Positions 41,274 to 50,185 of a stretch of 64,000 bases of DNA are shown here, one piece after another (the first letter of the stretch is position 1; the number at the start of each line of letters is the position of its first letter). The position numbers were made by a program, and so were the translations under genes. The notes beneath the pieces are model-generated. The model saw nothing but the letters and a program-made list of their open reading frames with translations. It was not told the DNA's origin and did not search any database. Source of the DNA: Candidatus Melainabacteria bacterium. GTDB taxonomy: Bacteria > Cyanobacteriota > Vampirovibrionia > Vampirovibrionales > JAJTHC01. The stretch spans positions 2,587 through 66,586 of the forward strand of contig JANRKP010000024.1 of NCBI GenBank assembly GCA_033763415.1, read 5' to 3'.

Positions 41274-41980
41274 GTCAAATTCACATCAAACGGCAGCAGC
41301 GCCGGGGGCCAGATGGGGAAACGCTGACCGTTTTTGCCGTACCGGCCATGGCCATTACCACCCAACAGGGCAGAAAGCTGATCCCCAACCCGGCGGGAAC
41401 CGAGGCCTGCATCTTTAAAACCTTAGAGGAGGCGGAAGCGGCCATTCGCCACGCCGGGTTTGACTACGTGTTTGAAGGACGCACCAGCTACACCTTTGCG
41501 CAACAGCAGGGCAGTGCCTCCACCGTGGCGGGCCTGGTGTTAGAAGACGCAGTGCCCATCCTCATTCAACGGCTTAAGGATCGCGAGCCCACCGTGGTGG
41601 CGAATGCAGCCTTTGCCCTTGGAGAACTGCGGGCGATGAAGGCAGTCAATCCGCTGGTGGAAGTGGTGGGACACGAAGACCCGGCCGTGCGTAAAAATGT
41701 GGCCGAAGCCCTGTCCAAATTAGGGCCCATTGCCTTAGAGCCGCTCAAAAAAGCTTACGAACAGGTACAAAACCAAACCGGCCAAGATGCCAACCTCATT
41801 CGGCTGAATGTCACCGCCACTTATCTGGAAATGGCACGCACCAAACAGTGGGCGATGCTTGGGTTTGTGCTACCACAGGTACTGCACGCCCTGCAGGATG
41901 ACAACTGGCTGGTCCGGGCCCAGGCGGCCCTGATTATGGGCCATGCCGCCCCGCTCAAGGAGTCGGCCTCTGGAACCTAG
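41270..41980 (+). CDS. HEAT-repeat (PBS lyase HEAT-like) protein
   Basis: Repeated VRxxAAxALGxLG-type HEAT motifs. The start overlaps the nnr stop by 4 bp. Confidence 0.55.
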   Translation: MSQIHIKRQQRRGPDGETLTVFAVPAMAITTQQGRKLIPNPAGTEACIFKTLEEAEAAIRHAGFDYVFEGRTSYTFAQQQGSASTVAGLVLEDAVPILIQRLKDREPTVVANAAFALGELRAMKAVNPLVEVVGHEDPAVRKNVAEALSKLGPIALEPLKKAYEQVQNQTGQDANLIRLNVTATYLEMARTKQWAMLGFVLPQVLHALQDDNWLVRAQAALIMGHAAPLKESASGT

Positions 41981-42139
41981 GCTCGATATAGTTGAAGGAA
42001 GCACTGGTTATTGAGTACCCGTTATTCTCTGTACACGATTAAGGCCGGTTATCCGGTACGGGTTTGGCAGGCTGCAACGATTATGGTTATACTGTTTACG
42101 CAAAGACGCCGTTGAGGGTCTGTACTGCATAAAGCCCCA

Positions 42140-43156
42140 ATGCGTCAAAAGAGAACCGCGCCACGACTGTTCCGGTTAACGTGGAGAGATGGAGTGAAAC
42201 GCATGATGGATCCTGCCGCCACCCGCCGCCCTGCCAAGGTCATTCATCCAAACCGTTCCGGCCTGGGGGTGTTACGGTCATTGGCCGTTTGGGCATTGGG
42301 GACACTCTGCATTGGCCTGGTAGGATTATCGATTTCCGGCTGCGGACTGCTGACGCCTGAAGACGAAACCCCGCTTCTGCAACGGGTAAAAGCGCGTGGA
42401 AAAATGATCGCGGGCGTTAAGTACGACAGCAAACCGTTTGGCTTTTTAACCCCCGATAACACCTTGCAGGGCTTTGATATTGACCTGATCCGAGAGTTGT
42501 CCCGCCGAATTTTGGGAGATCCCAACGCGGTAGAGTTCCAGCAGGTGTTGTCTTCCACCCGCATTTTAGCCATCAATTCCGGCCAAATGGATGTGGTGGC
42601 CGCCACCATGACCATTACCCCAGCAAGGGAAGAAGTCATCGACTTTAGCCAACCCTACTTTACCGCCAGTCAACGGGTATTGGTTCCCCGGCAGTCTGCG
42701 GCAAAAAAGCTAAGCGACTTAAACGGGCAACGCATTTTGTTTGTGTTTGGCGCCACCAGCGAGCACAACATCAAAAAGCGGCTCAACACGCAAACCAAGT
42801 TTATTGGGTTTAAAACCTCCACCGATGCGTTTGCCGCACTGAAAGCAGGCCGTGGCGACGCCCTGACCACGGATGACACCATCCTTTACGGTTTTCTCTC
42901 CACAGATTGCAACTACCGGTTACTGCCAGAACGCCTGGCCGAAGAACCCTACGGCCTCGGCTTTCGGCAGGATCCGCAATCTAAAAGCACGCACAGCTTT
43001 CGAACACTGATTGATAAAACCCTGGCCCACATGAAAGCCGATGGCACCCTGGCCAAACTACGAAGCAAGTGGCTGGGCCCCCTGGAGGCCGAGGCCCAAA
43101 ACTGCCAGCAAACGGCATCGTCGGTTCAGCCGCCATTAACAACCAACCCGCACTAG
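42140..43156 (+). CDS. Amino-acid ABC transporter substrate-binding lipoprotein (family 3 SBP)
   Basis: Family-3 SBP pattern (GFDIDLIRELSRR..., DVVAATMTITPAREEVIDFSQPYF). Lipobox LSISGC. Probable start at ATG 42209. Confidence 0.8.
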   Translation: MRQKRTAPRLFRLTWRDGVKRMMDPAATRRPAKVIHPNRSGLGVLRSLAVWALGTLCIGLVGLSISGCGLLTPEDETPLLQRVKARGKMIAGVKYDSKPFGFLTPDNTLQGFDIDLIRELSRRILGDPNAVEFQQVLSSTRILAINSGQMDVVAATMTITPAREEVIDFSQPYFTASQRVLVPRQSAAKKLSDLNGQRILFVFGATSEHNIKKRLNTQTKFIGFKTSTDAFAALKAGRGDALTTDDTILYGFLSTDCNYRLLPERLAEEPYGLGFRQDPQSKSTHSFRTLIDKTLAHMKADGTLAKLRSKWLGPLEAEAQNCQQTASSVQPPLTTNPH

Positions 43157-43174
43157 GATATAGGCTACGCCCGA

Positions 43175-43870
43175 ATGGAATCGTTTTTTTCGGCAGCGGT
43201 TCAAGAAGCGTTTCTGCAAGGCTTGTGTACCACCGTTTGGTTGTCCAGTCTCTCGGGCATTCTGGCTTTGCTGTTGGGGCTATTGGGCGCGTTTTGCAAA
43301 CTATTTGGCCCCAAATGGCTCAAGGGGGTCGCAGGCCTGTATGTGGAAGGTTTTCGAAACACACCGCTGCTAATACAGCTCTACTTATTCTACCGAGGGC
43401 TACAAAGCATGGGCGTTACCCTGAGCCCCGAAGCTTGTGGCGTGTTGGCGCTTTCCTTGTACACGGGGGCCTACTTAACGGAAATCTTTCGCGCCGCGGT
43501 GCAAGCCATTCCGCAGCAACAAACCGATGCCGCCCTGGCTTTGGGCCTCAATACCCTACAAACCTACGGCTTGGTTCTGCTGCCCCAGGCCATTCGTTGG
43601 GCCTTGCCACCCATCGGCAACCAACTCATTAGCCTAACCAAAAATTCCTCGCTGCTGGCGTTTATTACCGTTTCCGACTTATTTTTGGTGATTTATAAAG
43701 GGGCGGTGGATGAATTTAAGCCCGTACCCTACTTTATAGAAGGGGCACTGCTCTACATGGCGCTGACCCTCACCCTCTCCACCGGCATCCACGGGGTGGA
43801 ACGATGGCTGTTTTCGCCCAAACACCCCACAACAAACCCCAAGGCTGCCCGGCTGGAGGTTCAGCCATGA
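43175..43870 (+). CDS. Amino-acid ABC transporter permease (HisM/GlnP type)
   Basis: EAA-loop region AALALGLNTLQTYGLVLLPQAIRWALPPIGNQLISLTKNSSLLA. Confidence 0.8.
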   Translation: MESFFSAAVQEAFLQGLCTTVWLSSLSGILALLLGLLGAFCKLFGPKWLKGVAGLYVEGFRNTPLLIQLYLFYRGLQSMGVTLSPEACGVLALSLYTGAYLTEIFRAAVQAIPQQQTDAALALGLNTLQTYGLVLLPQAIRWALPPIGNQLISLTKNSSLLAFITVSDLFLVIYKGAVDEFKPVPYFIEGALLYMALTLTLSTGIHGVERWLFSPKHPTTNPKAARLEVQP

Positions 43871-44556
43871 GCAGCGCCATGCCACACCTTCTGTTAGAGG
43901 CCTTGCCCATGTTGCTCCAAGGGCTGGGGGTTACCTTGGGCTTGGCCTTGAGTGCTTTATTGGGTGGCTTATTACTGGGCATTCCGCTGGGCATTGCCCG
44001 ACACGAAGGCCCGAGATGGCTCAGATTACCCGTCTCTCTCTACGTGGAGAGCATTCGGAGTGTGCCACTCATTTTATTTTTGGTGTTCATTCATTACGGC
44101 TTGTTGCCTTTGCTCGGCTACCGACCCAACTTTATGGTCTCCAGCCTGCTGGCGTTTATTCTGTTTGAAGCCGCCTATTTGGCCGAAATTATACGCGGCG
44201 GCCTTCGGGCCATTCGCCCTACGGAACGCGACGCGGCCAAAAGCCTGGGGCTCTCCTGGCGGCAGCAAATGCAGTACGTCTGTCTGCCGCTGGCGGTGCG
44301 TCGCACCCTGCCCACGTTGGTTGGGCAAGGCATTAGTTTACTCAAAGATACCTCCTTGGCCTCCATTGTGGGCGTCATTGAACTTACCCGCGCCGGAGAA
44401 ATTATTTACGAGCAGACCTTCCAGGATTTTGAAATCCTGTGCCTACAGGGACTGATCTACTTTTTGCTTTGTTATGGCCTGTCTCAAGCCTGTAAACGTT
44501 GGGAAAACAACACGTTTCAGCAGGAAAACACGCTGCTACAGTCTAGCCAAGCATAA
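43867..44556 (+). CDS. Amino-acid ABC transporter permease, second subunit
   Basis: ATGA overlap with the upstream permease. EAA region AAKSLGLSWRQQMQYVCLPLAVRRTLPTLVGQGISLLKDTSLAS. Confidence 0.8.
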   Translation: MSSAMPHLLLEALPMLLQGLGVTLGLALSALLGGLLLGIPLGIARHEGPRWLRLPVSLYVESIRSVPLILFLVFIHYGLLPLLGYRPNFMVSSLLAFILFEAAYLAEIIRGGLRAIRPTERDAAKSLGLSWRQQMQYVCLPLAVRRTLPTLVGQGISLLKDTSLASIVGVIELTRAGEIIYEQTFQDFEILCLQGLIYFLLCYGLSQACKRWENNTFQQENTLLQSSQA

Positions 44557-44634
44557 ACACGACTCCGGGACCGTATGACAAGGCCCTACTTAAAAATGGT
44601 TTCCCAAAGAACGTCGGTTGCCCAAAAATAGCAT

Positions 44635-45696
44635 TTACACCATCGTAGCCCGGTTGACATAACCACGAGAGTCTGCCTGAGACAGGAGAACAAAGCCATC
44701 CGTGCCGCCCAAGGCAGTGACTGGGCCTTCATTTTGGTCGGCACCCGGGTCTCGGTACCACAAGGTATCCGCCTGCGAGCGAAGCGCTTCCACCTGGCTC
44801 ATCAGGCCACTATCTCCACTTTCGGCCAACACTTCGGCCAGCTTTACCAGGGCTTCCACGTTACGCAAAATCTCGTACGCACTCTGCACGTTGCGGCTTA
44901 CGGTATCGTACGTACCCGCGTGGGCAGCGTAGTCCAAATGTGCCTCAACCTGGCTAAACATACGCTGGCTGGCAGAAACAATCTTCTGACTGGCGGTTTC
45001 CAAACCCAGCGAACGACGTTGCGGATTGGCGAACGATCCGCCCGTAATGGCGTTTAAAGGCTGACCCTGGGTTGCTCGGCCCATCAGGCAGTCCAGTTGG
45101 TAGGCCTGCGGGTTCACCTTGGCAGTGGGGTCTTTTTGCAGCAGTACGGAAACATCCGACACGCTAAGGCCCGCAAAGCTGAGCGCCTGGGTAATACGGC
45201 CCGCCACGTGAGATTGCATCTGTCGCCAGCGGCTAATCATACCAACTTGCCCCACGGAGAGGGCCCGGCCGCCATTGTCTTCAAAAATACCGGCAATCAT
45301 CAACTCCAAATCATCAAAGGCCGCCATTAAGTAATGGACCTTCAACACCGGATCGGTTTGCGAGGAGGCACTGGCCAAATAAAATTCCACGTTGGAATGC
45401 AACTGGGGTTCGGCCAACTGATATTTCATCTCCACAAAGGGAACGTCTAAAATACCCAAGGCCGCCTGTGGGTTTCGGTAGGTCAGCGCCTGCTCAATGG
45501 AAATACCACGCTGGTAAGGTTTAGCGCCTGGGGGTAAGGCAGGCAGGGGCTCATCTAGCAGCGAGGCCAACGCCGTATTGGCCACCTGAAAAGAAAGCCC
45601 GGCAACATCGGCCACTGCCTGAAAGGCATTGGATGGGCGAGCGCTAATACCATAGCCAAGGCCCTGGGCCTGGCCCGCAGAAACGTGAGACATCGT
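44635..45696 (-). CDS. hypothetical protein (about 354 aa)
   Basis: Intact ORF with no recognized family. Divergent from the DUF366-like gene across an AT-rich promoter region. Confidence 0.45.
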   Translation of the reverse strand, partial: TMSHVSAGQAQGLGYGISARPSNAFQAVADVAGLSFQVANTALASLLDEPLPALPPGAKPYQRGISIEQALTYRNPQAALGILDVPFVEMKYQLAEPQLHSNVEFYLASASSQTDPVLKVHYLMAAFDDLELMIAGIFEDNGGRALSVGQVGMISRWRQMQSHVAGRITQALSFAGLSVSDVSVLLQKDPTAKVNPQAYQLDCLMGRATQGQPLNAITGGSFANPQRRSLGLETASQKIVSASQRMFSQVEAHLDYAAHAGTYDTVSRNVQSAYEILRNVEALVKLAEVLAESGDSGLMSQVEALRSQADTLWYRDPGADQNEGPVTALGGTDGFVLLSQADSRGYVNRATMV

Positions 45697-45859
45697 CGTG
45701 GAGATCCTTCCCAACGCAGACCGTTGCGACAACCGGGGCCATTCGGCAACCGGTTTACCCGCCAACAGAGCGGCCTGCTACATACCAACCTGCTTCTGTG
45801 CTAAATGTTTTGGTGCTATCGCTAATGCAGAGGGTTTAAAAACGAATGGAGGAATGAAA

Positions 45860-45910
45860 TGGGTGCATTATAATTTATTTATAATTATAAAAACAAAATA
45901 AAGGAGGCAT
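45860..45910. promoter_or_regulatory. AT-rich divergent promoter region with tataat-like elements
   Basis: ttataatttatttataattataaaaacaaaataaaggagg lies between divergent genes and has unusually low GC for this window. Confidence 0.35.
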
Positions 45911-46074
45911 TCTTGTTAAAATGTGTTCAAATGTAACAACGAATTCCACTCTGGAAAAAATCCACCGCTCGTTCTGTAGGCAGTCGCATCTCGTTTGTGT
46001 ACACTAGGTGGATGTCAGCTTGATATGTATGTTGCTGGCCAATCGGCTTTCTCTCTGCCAACGAGGCTTTTTGA

Positions 46075-46647
46075 ATGAAACACCAGTTCGTACGCGAAAC
46101 CCTTCCCTACACTGGAGAAGCCCTCTCTAACCATTGGATTTACCGTAACTTTGGCACCATGGGAGACGCCGTTGTTGCCTTTGTGGGCCCCTGCAGGGTG
46201 GACCAGGACCATATGGTGGATTTGGAAGACGTGCTGAACGACGACACCATTTACTCCACGCAAATGCTGCATTTTATTGTGGAAGTGTTTGGCATTCCCC
46301 TACAGGAAGGCGTGCTGATTCAGCGGTTGTTTTCCGCCATTTTGCAGGACAAACTGAACCACCTGCTTGGCGATTTTAAAATTCAGCGCCGGGGAGACGA
46401 TCTGTTTTTTAACGATACGCAAAAGCTCTCGGTTTCTATCTGCACGCTAAGCCCCACGTCTATCCTCATTCACGCGGGCCTGAACGTAGACAGCCAAGGC
46501 GCCCCGGTGGAAGCCGCCGGGCTGATTTCCGATCTTCACCTGTCACAAGACGCCATTGAGCCGTTTGCCATGTCTTGCATGCGAACCCTGGCCGATGAAT
46601 GGCAGGATATTCGCCTTTCCTGTTGCAAGGTGCGTGCTGTTGTTTAA
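46075..46647 (+). CDS. DUF366-like conserved hypothetical protein
   Basis: I recall the N-terminal pattern MK..F....L.YTGE.L..HWIY as DUF366. I cannot verify that without a search. Confidence 0.4.
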   Translation: MKHQFVRETLPYTGEALSNHWIYRNFGTMGDAVVAFVGPCRVDQDHMVDLEDVLNDDTIYSTQMLHFIVEVFGIPLQEGVLIQRLFSAILQDKLNHLLGDFKIQRRGDDLFFNDTQKLSVSICTLSPTSILIHAGLNVDSQGAPVEAAGLISDLHLSQDAIEPFAMSCMRTLADEWQDIRLSCCKVRAVV

Positions 46648-46707
46648 AGCTTGTTAAGTAGTTTAAGTGGATTTTTTCAGAACGTCCAAGTAACCATCGG
46701 AATTAAA

Positions 46708-47358
46708 ATGAGTATTCGAAACGTCCTGATTTTATTTTTCTCTGCACTGGCCGTTGCGCTGGTGATTTTGATCATTTGTTTCAGCCTGTTCTTTGAGCAC
46801 CTCAATATTAGCTTTAACACCCACGCGCCGGAATCGGCACCCGATTTTATTGCCTCTCCCAACGATAACGACAACGCAGCCGAAGGAGACAGCCATTCTC
46901 TGGGGGGACGCGCCAACGTCAATGTTCCAGGAGACAGCCCACCTCCGGTTCACAGCCCTCAGGCAAAAGACAGTCATTCGGCAGAGGCGTTACAAGAACC
47001 AGACGTTCCCTTTGTTGGCGTCGGAGAAGAAGAGCCGCCACTACCCCCCATCCCACTGCCGGAAACGATCGATTCCACACCCCCTGTGCCCCACGGTGGG
47101 GCTGGAGATGCCCCAACACCCCCGGCTCAAGGCGCTACTGGCGTTAGTAGCGGTAAGCACAGCGCCACTAATAGCGCGTCTACGGCACCATCGCCCAAAA
47201 ATATATCCTTACCGCCTTCGGCACCCCGCCGAGAAGACGCGCTGCCCTCGGCACCTTCTCCGGTACCGCCCAACGCCTTTAGCAAGCCTACCCCCCCGCC
47301 CCCGCCTGCGGCCTACGCCCCTGATGGCACTGGCAACGATCCTGAACCGGTGGAGTAG
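46708..47358 (+). CDS. membrane-anchored Pro/Ser-rich protein
   Basis: TM helix VLILFFSALAVALVILIICFSLFF followed by a low-complexity P/S/A/T-rich ectodomain. Confidence 0.5.
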   Translation: MSIRNVLILFFSALAVALVILIICFSLFFEHLNISFNTHAPESAPDFIASPNDNDNAAEGDSHSLGGRANVNVPGDSPPPVHSPQAKDSHSAEALQEPDVPFVGVGEEEPPLPPIPLPETIDSTPPVPHGGAGDAPTPPAQGATGVSSGKHSATNSASTAPSPKNISLPPSAPRREDALPSAPSPVPPNAFSKPTPPPPPAAYAPDGTGNDPEPVE

Positions 47359-47417
47359 CGCACAACCAATTCAAGCATCCACTTGGCGGAAAATCGCTAG
47401 CCGGTATAATAGAACGT

Positions 47418-49364
47418 ATGCAAAATCAAACGTTCGACCGGTTGGATATGTTCTACATGCAGCGATGCTTATCGCTCGCCTGGCAAGGTTGGGGCTCCGT
47501 TAGCCCAAACCCCATGGTGGGCGCCGTAGTGCTGGATGCCAAAGGCCGAAAGGTGGGAGAGGGCTTCCATGCGCAGGCGGGAGGACCCCATGCCGAAGTT
47601 GTCGCACTGAACCAGGCCGGAGAAGCGGCCCAAGGCGGCACACTGTTTGTAAACCTGGAACCCTGCAACCACACCGGCAAAACCCCGCCCTGCACGGAGC
47701 GAATTATTCAATCCGGCATTCAGCAAGTGTTTTGCGGCACGCTGGACCCAAACCCTTTGGTGTACGGCAGTGGCCGAGATGCCCTTCAGAACGCGAGAAT
47801 TTCTTTCAAGCACGGTTTTTTAGAGGCGGAATGCCTGCAACTGAACGAAATTTTCTTTCATTACATTACCACCCGAAGGCCCTTTATTACCCTAAAACTC
47901 GCCATGACGGCCGATGGACGCATTGCCGCACGAAACGGCGACAGCCAATGGATTACCGGCCCGACAGCCCGGCAGTACGTGCACCATTTGCGCAGTGGTT
48001 ACGATGCCATTTTAACCACCGCACAAACCGTGATGGCGGACAATCCGGCGCTCACCGTCCGAACACCGCAGCTAAACCCACGCTATCGTCCTCCCATTCG
48101 TATTATTTTAGACCGTCATTTTCGGCTCAACCCGGAAACATACCGCATTTTCAACAAGGAAGACGCCCCCACCGTGGTGGTGACCTCTCGGGTGCGACAC
48201 CACCGAGAGAACGCTTTAGCCGCCCGCACCACGGGCATTGAGGTGTTGGAGGTGGACGATACGGGCACCGGCCTGGATCTGGTACAACTGCTCTGTGCCC
48301 TGGGAGAAAAATCCATTACCAGTATACTGGTTGAAAGCGGCGGTCGGCTGGCCACACAGCTTCTGTCGGCCCAGCTTGTTAACAAGTGCCATTTGTTCTA
48401 CGCACCTACCATACTGGCCGATAGTGCCGCACTGCCCGGCTTTGGCGGGGGACCAGTTTTATCGAGCCTGGAGCAGCGTATTCGCTTCCACCGGGTGGAA
48501 CAACACCAGTTGGAGCAGGATTGGCTACTTACGCTATACCCGGAAACAGTGAATACGGAACAGATTTTTTTGGAACGCACCATTGAAACCATTGTCGATG
48601 GCAGTGTTGCGGGTTTATCCTTTAAGGAGCGCAGAAGCGCCACTCGCACTGAACAACCATCACGCAAACAGCAACCACCCGAGCCAGAAACGCGCTGTCA
48701 GTCGTCAACACCCGATTCCGCCAAACCCAGCAGTAAACCCAAGGTCATGGAGACCCTGGTGGATGACAGCGTGCTGGCGCTTGAAGCAACTGCGCCTCAG
48801 CGGTCCGCGCATTCCGCAGCAATGCCTCCTGAACGAGAGGAACTGCCTGAAAACCGCAACCAAAAAACAGACCCGACCACCACGACTGCCGCCATTGCCT
48901 CAATCCACAATGAGCCAGACGTTTTTGCCCAACAAAATTTTGACCCGCAGGATAGAGAACAGCAGGATTCCGCTGAGGCGGCCCCTACAGAAACCGCGCC
49001 TTCAACCACCACTCCGCAGTCACATGCATCGTTTACGCCACAGGACCCGCTGGTGCTCTCCGTACTGGATATTCTCTCGGTGCTTGAGCAAGAGGGAATT
49101 CGTCCTTCAGGCCGCCACGACGATCACGCCAGTTCTCACGCCCACGTGGATTTGCCCTTTGAGTTCAGCTCACGTCGCGAAACACACACGCCTCATCCAC
49201 AAGCCTTGCCTCCAGCCGAACCACCGTCTGATTCCACCGAGGCAGCACCGCCCACCCAACACACGGACAAACGAACGGACAAGAAAAAGGTCATTGCCCT
49301 CATAGAAGATGACGCCGTTCAGGCCTTTTACCAACAGCACCCGGAAAAGCGCCCCTCCTCTTAA
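47418..49364 (+). CDS. ribD: Riboflavin biosynthesis protein RibD (diaminohydroxyphosphoribosylaminopyrimidine deaminase plus 5-amino-6-(5-phosphoribosylamino)uracil reductase) with an acidic low-complexity C-terminal extension of about 290 aa
   Basis: Deaminase zinc motifs (HAEVVAL, NLEPCNHTGKTPPC) and the reductase domain (ITLKLAMTADGRIA). The ORF continues for about 290 codons beyond the usual C-terminus. Confidence 0.85.
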   Translation: MQNQTFDRLDMFYMQRCLSLAWQGWGSVSPNPMVGAVVLDAKGRKVGEGFHAQAGGPHAEVVALNQAGEAAQGGTLFVNLEPCNHTGKTPPCTERIIQSGIQQVFCGTLDPNPLVYGSGRDALQNARISFKHGFLEAECLQLNEIFFHYITTRRPFITLKLAMTADGRIAARNGDSQWITGPTARQYVHHLRSGYDAILTTAQTVMADNPALTVRTPQLNPRYRPPIRIILDRHFRLNPETYRIFNKEDAPTVVVTSRVRHHRENALAARTTGIEVLEVDDTGTGLDLVQLLCALGEKSITSILVESGGRLATQLLSAQLVNKCHLFYAPTILADSAALPGFGGGPVLSSLEQRIRFHRVEQHQLEQDWLLTLYPETVNTEQIFLERTIETIVDGSVAGLSFKERRSATRTEQPSRKQQPPEPETRCQSSTPDSAKPSSKPKVMETLVDDSVLALEATAPQRSAHSAAMPPEREELPENRNQKTDPTTTTAAIASIHNEPDVFAQQNFDPQDREQQDSAEAAPTETAPSTTTPQSHASFTPQDPLVLSVLDILSVLEQEGIRPSGRHDDHASSHAHVDLPFEFSSRRETHTPHPQALPPAEPPSDSTEAAPPTQHTDKRTDKKKVIALIEDDAVQAFYQQHPEKRPSS

Positions 49365-49525
49365 GAACTAACCCTGCCTGCGCCACCAGTGCAAAACGCC
49401 ACCAGTGCAAAAGACGGGTGCGGCTTGCTATAATAATCATCTCAGCACAAACTGCGTTTGTAACAAGCGCACTTGCAACAACGATTTTATCCACCACTTT
49501 TTACAATGGAGGTTGATGAAACACG

Positions 49526-50185
49526 ATGCTTTTTGCCCCAATGGCTCGCAGGAGTATGGGCTTCCTGCCGGAGCCACTCTTTCGAGAGCAACCACAACCA
49601 CGTTTTTCAAAATCAGTCCAACCCACTTCCTCGCCGGAGCATCCGCCGGAGGCACGCACCCTGGCGCCTGTGTGGAATCAGGTAGACACACTGCTACAAC
49701 CTTTCCTGAGCACGCCTTTTACAGGCAGCACCTCCTGGCCGGGCGTTTTACAGCAAGACGCCACCCCGTTTGCAAACAGTGAACAGTTTCAACAAGTCGC
49801 CTCATTTCAATCCATAACCGATGAAACAGGACACACCTGGCAGCAGAGCGCCGCCGCGCAACGCGCCCAGCGAGACGCTCAGCCAGCCACATTCCAATTG
49901 ACCTACCAACAGGCGCACTACCCATCTTCCGACCAGCCCGAAGCAGCGCCACTACCAGCAGGGTATGTGTTATCTGCCACCGGCACGGAGGCCACCTGGC
50001 CTGCTCAGAAAAAGGTTTTGGGGAACCCCTGGCAACTGACCCAAACTTGGCTGGAACAGGGCAAAATGACAGCCCGGCAACAATGGCAAGCCACCCGTAA
50101 CAGCATTAATGGGGTGGGCAAACACCTGGATCAGCTCATGCAACAACTGTTTGAGCCCACCCAACAAAACGCCTCACCCCTGTAA
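49526..50185 (+). CDS. hypothetical Gln-rich protein (219 aa)
   Basis: Intact ORF. No family recognized. Confidence 0.35.
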   Translation: MLFAPMARRSMGFLPEPLFREQPQPRFSKSVQPTSSPEHPPEARTLAPVWNQVDTLLQPFLSTPFTGSTSWPGVLQQDATPFANSEQFQQVASFQSITDETGHTWQQSAAAQRAQRDAQPATFQLTYQQAHYPSSDQPEAAPLPAGYVLSATGTEATWPAQKKVLGNPWQLTQTWLEQGKMTARQQWQATRNSINGVGKHLDQLMQQLFEPTQQNASPL

